In this document: one piece after another, positions 37,410-43,917 of the stretch
Layout: each line of letters starts with the position of its first letter
How positions within the stretch are numbered: the stretch's first letter is position 1
Source of the DNA: Opitutia bacterium
GTDB taxonomy: Bacteria; Verrucomicrobiota; Verrucomicrobiia; Opitutales; T3Sed10-336
NCBI GenBank assembly: GCA_050506795.1
Contig: JBJHCF010000043.1
Location: 1-43,917 of the forward strand
Length of the DNA: 43,917 nt
Direction: 5' to 3'
Notes under the pieces: model-generated
Databases searched by the model: none
What the model was told of the DNA's origin: nothing
What the model saw: the letters and a program-made list of their open reading frames with translations, nothing else
Program-made: the position numbers and the translations under genes

Positions 37410-40400
37410 CTATTGATATTCGACGCGCAGGCGGAGGAATCGCCGGGGGTCGTGGCCGAGAGGAACCTCATCGGTGAAAGACTCGGAGCCTGAAGTCATG
37501 AAGGGGCCGTAGGTCTGGACGGTCTCCCAGCCGGCGTTGAGGTCGTTGGTGGCCTCGATGATGTACAGGAGTCTCGGATCGCCGATGTGCTCGAAATTGA
37601 GGAAGAGGTATTCCTCTTCGGTTTCACCCGGCTCACCTGAAAGGTCCCTGATTTCAAAGTCGTCCCATTCGACCCAGGCATTATCGGCGTCGGCGTTCCC
37701 CCAGACCGTGTGAATCAGGCCGATCTCAAGTTCAACTCCTGCGGCGACCAATGCGGGGAGTGTCTGACTGCCGAAATCCTGCCAGTTCTGGCCATCCTGA
37801 CTGCGCCATGCCGTGACCTCGCCCGTTATATGATCGAATTCGATACGCATCCAGGGATATCCCGGGGACGGCGTGAAGGAGCCGTCGAAGGTGCGCGAGT
37901 AATTCTGCACCACCTGCATTCCGTTGCCGTGACCGAAGGCTTCGAAGAAGTGGTGCGCGACGTAGTGCGACACGCCGCCGGGGTTGTCGGCCCTTCCGAT
38001 GTAGAGCATGGGAGCGGTGAAATTGACGTAATCCCGGTCGAAGGTGTCTCCGGTTGAGGGAGCGCTCACCAGGCGAACCGTCGCCTGGAGGTCGACTCCA
38101 CCCGGTACCGAGCGGGCGATAGTCAGCGGGTAGGCGTCGCCCCAGGTGCCGGATGAGGTCATGTGAAGCACACCGTTTTGGGCTTCGATCCGTGCGACGG
38201 AGGCTTCCTCAACCCCGGTTATCCGGTCCCATCCGGTTCCGTCCGGCCCGTCGGCGATCAGGTCGGCGGCGTAGCTGAAGGAATCTTGAAAAATTTGATC
38301 GGCGGGGAGACGCGTCCGGCCGGTGTTCAATTTTGTGGCGGCGTCGCCGGGAACGGTGGGATTCGCCCCCAGCGCATATTCGATCAGGTTCATGAATCCG
38401 TCGCCGTCGAAGTCGGCGTCGTCGGCGGCAAGTCCGGCGTTTTCAGAGGTACCGAAATGCTCTGCGCGCCAGTCTTCGATGGTGGACGGCGGCGAAGGCG
38501 GGATAACGCGATCGGAAATCAGCGCGTCCGTGATATCCCCGTCGAAATGGTATTTGGGCCGGCTGCCTCCGGCGGATTGCGCGAAACCGATGCGGAAATT
38601 CTTTCCGGCGACGTGCGACGGGTTCGCATTGTAATTCCTCCTGGCCATTTCGATGCCGTCGACGTACAGCACCGCTTCGTTTCCGTCATAGGTCAGGGTA
38701 ATGGTTTGCCAGTCGTTCAGCGTCGCGTCGACACCGGTGTCCCAGAAACCGACATTCGCAAGCCGGACGAAAATGCGGCCGTTGCGGAGTCCGAAACCGC
38801 TGCCGCGAATCGACGCCGTTTCTTCGTCGGAGGAATCGAAAATCCCGGCGTAATAGGTCCCGCTCCCGCCGCTTCGGGGATAGATCGTCGCTTGCAGGGT
38901 TCTGACGAGCCCGTCACGCACGCCGGACTGAAATTCCGGGCCGCTTCCGGTGAAGTCTTGTGGCGATTTGACGAAAAAAGCGCCCAGGAGCGGGCCGGTA
39001 CGGAGCTTTTCGGCGGCGATTTCGTCAGCGGACAGAGGCACGTTGTAGGCACGAAAATCAACCAGGTCTCCGGCGAACAGGTTCCCGTGCCAGTCGCGAC
39101 CAAGGTACACCGCCTCGCCGACCGTAAAATCGTTGGGAGCGAGTATCGCTTCCGGCAGGGCGTTGAGAAAGGTTGAGGCCTCGCTCGAACCGTCGATGTA
39201 GAGGGTGGCACTGCGGTTTGTGCTGATCGTCAAGGCGATGTGCGTCCACTGACCCTCCGGAACGGCCGATTGCGAGATGAGCTCGGTCAATCCACCTTCG
39301 GTCTGCATCCGCACCCGGGCTCGTCCTTCGGTGTCCCTGGCGATGATTTGAAGGAAGCGGTCCTCGGCGCCGCCGAAATGGAGGACCGCGCGGTCGGTAT
39401 TCGCGCCGTCGGGGCGTACCCATAGGCTGTAGGTCGCCGCAGTCATGGCGGCGAGGTTTCGATCCAGGACGGCGTAAGCCGAGGTGCCGTCCAGCCTGAG
39501 CACAGAGGTGTTCATCCAGGGGTCGTTCACCCGGTGCGCGTTCCCGCGCAGCAACGCGTGCGCGGCGCCGAACTCGTCCCAGAGCAGGCTTCCGGCGGGT
39601 TCGTTGATTCGGTACGAAGCAGTCAGGCCCCGCGGCTTGGCCTGCGTTTCCACCCAGTAGGGAACGTACCATCCCCCCCAGGGAACGTGGGAGAAGTGAA
39701 CGCCGTCGGAAAGCGATTCGGTCATCGAATAGTCGTAATCGAGGATGGCGTCTCCGCTGATGCTGCCCCCCCAGGGTGAGGTCTGCCCTCGTGCGATGGC
39801 GTTGCCGCCGATCGAGGTGTTCCCTTCTATCAGGGCGTACTCGGTCACCACCGCGTTGCCCCCGACCTGGGCCGAGCCCATGACGACGGCCCGATCGCGA
39901 ATCCGCGCGTTGCCGCTGATCCGCGCGTCGCCGCGAACCACGGCGTAACCGGAAACGACCGGGCTGGCTGACGAGCGCCCGCCGCTGCCTTCAACGCGGG
40001 CCTGCTGTGCCACCACGGCGTAATCCTCGATCCGGGAGGTGTGGCTGACGACCGCGTTGTCGAGCACGCGCGCGTTTGGTCCAACGTACGCCGTCGGCTC
40101 CACGGTGGCGGAGTTGGCGACCCAACCGCCGCCGTTCGGATGGGGCGCTCCGGCGCCGGTGTTCCAATCCAACTGTCGCTTTGCCGGCTCCGCCCCCTGA
40201 ATACGCAGTTCGTAGGGGTAGCGCAACCGGTCGAGGTGCTGGTCGAGCGGCAGTCGGTTGGCGGTCCATTCCAGGTTTAGAGAGGTGTCTGTGGGTGTCG
40301 CGACGACGATAACCAGAACCTTTACCTCGTCCGGCTCCAGGGTGATTGTCCCGGCGCCCGGCGTGAAGACCTCGCTGTAGCGCGCCTCGCCGTCACCGTT

Positions 40401-42065
40401 CACGGCGACCAGCGACCAGCGCCAGTCCTCCGTTGAACCCATCAACTCAAGTCCCTCCAGCTCGACCGTTACCGAGGAAGCCGTCGGCTCCAGTTCGTGA
40501 TACATGTAGGCGAAACGCTCCGGCGCCCGGGCGAGGGGCACGCGCCACCAGCCGGGGCGGTCTTGACTCGGGACCAGGAGCGAGCCGGTGGCGTAATCGT
40601 GCCAGGCCCGGTTTCGCGAGGTGTTCCAGAGCTGGTTGCGGAAATGCTCGGAATGTTCGAAATCGAGAAGTGGCCAGTGCCGGACTCCCGTCGCCACGGT
40701 GTCGGCCACGGAGGTTCCCGAAGGCAGGATCTGCGCCAGAGTGTCATAAACGGTCGCATCCTTTTGGCCTTCGAACCACAGTTGGGCCGGGAGGTCGGCA
40801 TCGAGGTCCGGGCGCGATGCGGCTACCGCCTCGAGCGCGTGGTGAATGCGAAAGTCCGCATAAATCAGTTTTCCGTGGTCCTGCCGGAAATTCGAGTTGA
40901 TCAGGGGGCCCAGCGAAAGTTGTGCACGCTGATGCTGGGGGAAGCGCTGGGAGTGATGCATCTGCCAGGCCTGCCGAAGGTAGTTCGCGTGCGACTCCCA
41001 ATGTCCGCCCGCCAGGAAGTCGATTTGGTGCCCCTGGAAAACGTGCGCCAGCTCATGCGGCACCGGGTTGCCCCATCCTTCATCGAGTAGACCCCCGGCC
41101 GGGACGTTCATCCAGCCGAAACCGTTGCGCCCGCCCATCCAGAAGCCTCCGAACCAGGTCGTGTGGTTGACCTTGTAACGGTTGCCGTCCCGCCGCCAAA
41201 CATCCCAACTCTCGAATGGCTCCCGGTAACCGAGGATCTTGTGAAACACCTGATAGGACTCTTCAATCATTCGCAAGGCTCTGCGTCCGTGCACCTCCGG
41301 GTTCAGGCGGGAGTCGACATTGAACGATTCGGGCGACCACCAGAAAACGGCGTGTTTCGATTCCATGAAGTTGACGTCACCCATGGATTCTCCGGAAGCG
41401 AGGCCCAGGTCGTCGTTGACCAGCAGCAGATCGCCCGGCTTGTCGCCGATCTCCAGATAGTCGATCTCAAACGAGAGTCCGCTTCCGTCCGTGCCCAGCG
41501 GATAAACGCGCAAGTGCGTCAACTGGTCCCGCCACCAGGCGATCAGACCGAGGTCGATCCGATAAGTTTCCCACTCGCCGCTCGCGTCCAGCAAGCGGTT
41601 GGGAATACGAAACTCCCGGCTGCTTGAGGTGTTTCCCGGGTTCTCCGAGGTTCCAAAGCGGAAAACCACGTCGCCGGAAAAGCCCTCCGGAAGCCGCATG
41701 CGGGTTTGAAGAAAATTATAAAACCCGAAATCGAGGTCCGGTCCGTCGATGTTCGTAACCTGAACGTAAGGCGCCGAACTCGACCCCGTTCCAGTGAGCC
41801 GGCCGTCGGAGGCGGCAAGGCCGGAGATACCGGTTCCCTGCCATCCCAGGAGGTCGCCGGAGGCCCAATCCCAGCTCAGCGGCACGACCGATTCCGCCTC
41901 GTGCAGACGGTTTGTGTCTGCCGGCGCCACAGGCTCCGGCGCCACCTGGATGATGGCGAAGTCGGGTTCTATTTCATAAGGGAACGCGGGAAGCGGCGCG
42001 TGTTGCAGGAAAAGGATCGAGGCCGTTAGCAATCCAAGGAAGGGTCGGGCGGCAGGTTGTCTCAT
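37410..42065 (-). CDS. Large secreted protein: HExxH metallopeptidase-like (DUF6055-like) domain, left-handed beta-helix repeats, LamG domains, lectin-like module
   Basis: Signal peptide from MRQPAA (42065); PHELAHVFQ...HWESHAN; HPNGGGWVA followed by hexapeptide repeats; WTHIALT LamG; DFDGDGFMNLIEYALG; C-terminal RRFLRLRV. Confidence 0.85.
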   Translation of the reverse strand: MRQPAARPFLGLLTASILFLQHAPLPAFPYEIEPDFAIIQVAPEPVAPADTNRLHEAESVVPLSWDWASGDLLGWQGTGISGLAASDGRLTGTGSSSAPYVQVTNIDGPDLDFGFYNFLQTRMRLPEGFSGDVVFRFGTSENPGNTSSSREFRIPNRLLDASGEWETYRIDLGLIAWWRDQLTHLRVYPLGTDGSGLSFEIDYLEIGDKPGDLLLVNDDLGLASGESMGDVNFMESKHAVFWWSPESFNVDSRLNPEVHGRRALRMIEESYQVFHKILGYREPFESWDVWRRDGNRYKVNHTTWFGGFWMGGRNGFGWMNVPAGGLLDEGWGNPVPHELAHVFQGHQIDFLAGGHWESHANYLRQAWQMHHSQRFPQHQRAQLSLGPLINSNFRQDHGKLIYADFRIHHALEAVAASRPDLDADLPAQLWFEGQKDATVYDTLAQILPSGTSVADTVATGVRHWPLLDFEHSEHFRNQLWNTSRNRAWHDYATGSLLVPSQDRPGWWRVPLARAPERFAYMYHELEPTASSVTVELEGLELMGSTEDWRWSLVAVNGDGEARYSEVFTPGAGTITLEPDEVKVLVIVVATPTDTSLNLEWTANRLPLDQHLDRLRYPYELRIQGAEPAKRQLDWNTGAGAPHPNGGGWVANSATVEPTAYVGPNARVLDNAVVSHTSRIEDYAVVAQQARVEGSGGRSSASPVVSGYAVVRGDARISGNARIRDRAVVMGSAQVGGNAVVTEYALIEGNTSIGGNAIARGQTSPWGGSISGDAILDYDYSMTESLSDGVHFSHVPWGGWYVPYWVETQAKPRGLTASYRINEPAGSLLWDEFGAAHALLRGNAHRVNDPWMNTSVLRLDGTSAYAVLDRNLAAMTAATYSLWVRPDGANTDRAVLHFGGAEDRFLQIIARDTEGRARVRMQTEGGLTELISQSAVPEGQWTHIALTISTNRSATLYIDGSSEASTFLNALPEAILAPNDFTVGEAVYLGRDWHGNLFAGDLVDFRAYNVPLSADEIAAEKLRTGPLLGAFFVKSPQDFTGSGPEFQSGVRDGLVRTLQATIYPRSGGSGTYYAGIFDSSDEETASIRGSGFGLRNGRIFVRLANVGFWDTGVDATLNDWQTITLTYDGNEAVLYVDGIEMARRNYNANPSHVAGKNFRIGFAQSAGGSRPKYHFDGDITDALISDRVIPPSPPSTIEDWRAEHFGTSENAGLAADDADFDGDGFMNLIEYALGANPTVPGDAATKLNTGRTRLPADQIFQDSFSYAADLIADGPDGTGWDRITGVEEASVARIEAQNGVLHMTSSGTWGDAYPLTIARSVPGGVDLQATVRLVSAPSTGDTFDRDYVNFTAPMLYIGRADNPGGVSHYVAHHFFEAFGHGNGMQVVQNYSRTFDGSFTPSPGYPWMRIEFDHITGEVTAWRSQDGQNWQDFGSQTLPALVAAGVELEIGLIHTVWGNADADNAWVEWDDFEIRDLSGEPGETEEEYLFLNFEHIGDPRLLYIIEATNDLNAGWETVQTYGPFMTSGSESFTDEVPLGHDPRRFLRLRVEYQ

Positions 42066-42161
42066 GGGCCGGTGTATATCACCATATGCATCCCCTTGCA
42101 TCTTAAAACGGCACGGAGTCCCGGTCCGGTGGCTCTTTCTTAATGGTTCCTATGGACCGAT

Positions 42162-43613
42162 TCAACTTCCCGGCCAATCGCCTTGCAGCATCCAAACCAG
42201 GTCTCCGGGTTCTTTTTCGGTGGGGCGTTCGACACGGAGTCCGCCGTCGTCCGTCCGGTTCGGCCCGATGCTGTAGAGAATCACCCGTCCGTCGTTGCGA
42301 TGATACCGCAGCGGCTCGTTGTCGAAGGGGTCGCGGGGGACTTCGGAAAGGTATCCCGGGACGAGGCGATCGATCGTCTCCGGCCAGTCGCCCTCCGCGA
42401 GACGGTAGGCATGAGCCGCAAGCCCCGTCCGGGCCAGTGTCAAGTGCGCGTCCGCGGCTTTCTCCGCCTGAAGAAGGCCCAAGCCACTCGATAAAATAGA
42501 GCGCGTCACGACGGCGTACCAGGGCAGTTCGGTTTCCCGGTGCTCCTCCCACTCGCGCAACGCTTCGAGGCCGATTTCGTTCTCTCCGATCGCCCGCAGC
42601 AATTCGATTTGCTCACGATGCGTATCGATCAAACGCGCGATATCGGCTTTGTGTATCGGCCGGCCGACACCTTTGTCGATCCACACCTTGAAGCCGAGGC
42701 CCACAAACAGCCACTCCCATTCACGGTTGGTGTGTTCGATTCCGAATAATTCCGACGGATGGAATGTCCGGTTTTCCAGTTGCTCGATAAACCAAGGGAC
42801 GCTGCCAATGCTGTCAAATATGAGGGACTCCTTCAGGTTTATGGGTTGCAGGGCGTAAACTACATCCATCAGCCGATCGAGGGCCTCCGTTTCGGCGGGA
42901 TAGATCCGTAAAAAAGCTTCCAGGTGTTCCAATGTCATCGTGCGGATCGCGCGTCGCGTGAGTTGGGATATAACAAGGGGCTCCGCGCTCTGCAGGTCTC
43001 CCAGTTGCAGGCTGACGGCCAGACTATCGAAAGCCTCCGGCCACTTGTCCCGCGAAGCATGGCCCACGGCTTCGGCACACAAGAGCCGCGCAAGGGTGCG
43101 AAGTCCGCCCACATAGGGTATCAGCAAATCATAGCCATGCTCGTATTTGAGATAGGCGTCAAAACGGTCGTACTGGAGGGCCTCCCGAACCACATGCAGT
43201 CGATAGACGATCTCCGGATTCGTCAGCACGGTCTCCAACGCCGCCACCTCTTCGGAAGACGCCTGGGAGCGTTCCATCTTCGAGAGAATTTCATTCGCCA
43301 GGACATGGGTGGATGTTATTGTTTCATCAACTCCCCGTTCACGCAACCGATGGTCGGACGGAGGAGAATAACGAAATTCAATCACACGGCTGAGAATCAC
43401 CGCCGCGTTTTCCTCTGGCGGGACATCCGGAGGAACGAAATCCCGGACATTCATTGTCAATCCGGCCTCTTGCCACGCCGCGATTGACCGGCGCAAAGTC
43501 ACCCCGGCGGCGATATCCAGGGCGAGCCAGACGATGACCGCGAACGCCGCCAGGATTCCCGTCAACCAGGCCAGTCGTCTTAAGGCTTTCAATACATCCC
43601 GTCTTATATTCAT
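42162..43613 (-). CDS. Membrane-anchored hypothetical protein with C-terminal GspG-like domain
   Basis: N-terminal TM, VPPEENAA, C-terminal WPETIDRLVPGYLSEVPRDPF...LYSIGPNRTDDGG. Confidence 0.8.
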   Translation of the reverse strand: MNIRRDVLKALRRLAWLTGILAAFAVIVWLALDIAAGVTLRRSIAAWQEAGLTMNVRDFVPPDVPPEENAAVILSRVIEFRYSPPSDHRLRERGVDETITSTHVLANEILSKMERSQASSEEVAALETVLTNPEIVYRLHVVREALQYDRFDAYLKYEHGYDLLIPYVGGLRTLARLLCAEAVGHASRDKWPEAFDSLAVSLQLGDLQSAEPLVISQLTRRAIRTMTLEHLEAFLRIYPAETEALDRLMDVVYALQPINLKESLIFDSIGSVPWFIEQLENRTFHPSELFGIEHTNREWEWLFVGLGFKVWIDKGVGRPIHKADIARLIDTHREQIELLRAIGENEIGLEALREWEEHRETELPWYAVVTRSILSSGLGLLQAEKAADAHLTLARTGLAAHAYRLAEGDWPETIDRLVPGYLSEVPRDPFDNEPLRYHRNDGRVILYSIGPNRTDDGGLRVERPTEKEPGDLVWMLQGDWPGS

Positions 43614-43706
43614 GATAAATCCACAACCTTTCTTTGTAAGAAGGACGCGGAATGAAGCCCTTTGTGTTTAGCTCGTTCCTGCTTTTCGGCCTCATAGCTC
43701 CATCGT

Positions 43707-43917
43707 GTAGCTCCGTGCTTACATAAGCCGGAGTTTTCTTTGCGAGAACCGTTGTCCGCGCGCCACACAAACCGCCCGCTGAAGCAGGGTGCTACGATGA
43801 GAGAGGCCCCGTAGCTCCGTGCTTCAGCCGGAGTTTTCTTCACGGGAACCGTCGTCCGCGCGCCATGCAGACCGCCCGCTGAAGCAGGGCGCTACGATGA
43901 GAGAGGCCCCGTAGCTC
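43707..43917. repeat. Tandem array of GTAG-type REP doublets (BIME-like), ~100-bp period, runs off the window end
   Basis: Units start GTAGCTC at 43707, 43811, 43911; each complete unit contains an inverted partner CGCCCGCTGAAGCAGGG(T/C)GCTAC and linker GATGAGAGAGGCCCC. Confidence 0.88.

Noticed and set aside
43707..43917. Possible CRISPR array
   Set aside because: The intervening sequences are near-identical between units rather than unique spacers; period ~100 bp; no cas genes in the window.

Overview
GC-rich bacterial window. The gene families (PVC-type beta-propeller/HEAT protein, Verrucomicrobia-like C-terminal modules, Opitutae-like pilin-type segments) suggest Verrucomicrobiota, probably Opitutales (inference). 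Contents in order: (1) housekeeping/accessory genes at 0.2-7.7 kb (ldhA, ferric reductase-like protein, vanadium haloperoxidase-like protein, stand-alone trpB2); (2) a polysaccharide-degradation cluster at 8.0-21.6 kb (GH127, two GH43 proteins, a ThuA-propeller-HEAT-cupredoxin fusion); (3) a tightly packed 8-gene defence operon at 21.75-29.9 kb, consisting of a type I R-M system with a single-TRD HsdS, a HipA-like kinase + DUF3037 pair embedded between hsdS and hsdM, and a translationally coupled TIGR04255 / WDGYGA / ART-like trio; (4) miscellaneous genes at 30-43.6 kb, including a large secreted HExxH protein. Non-coding structure: two MITE-like elements with the same 17-18 bp TIRs and 10-bp target duplications but different REP-doublet cargo, a solo REP, a GTAG REP tandem array at the right end and a 96-bp tandem duplication at the left end. 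No rRNA, tRNA, CRISPR array or intact transposase was recognised. All family calls come from reading motifs by eye; no searches were run.
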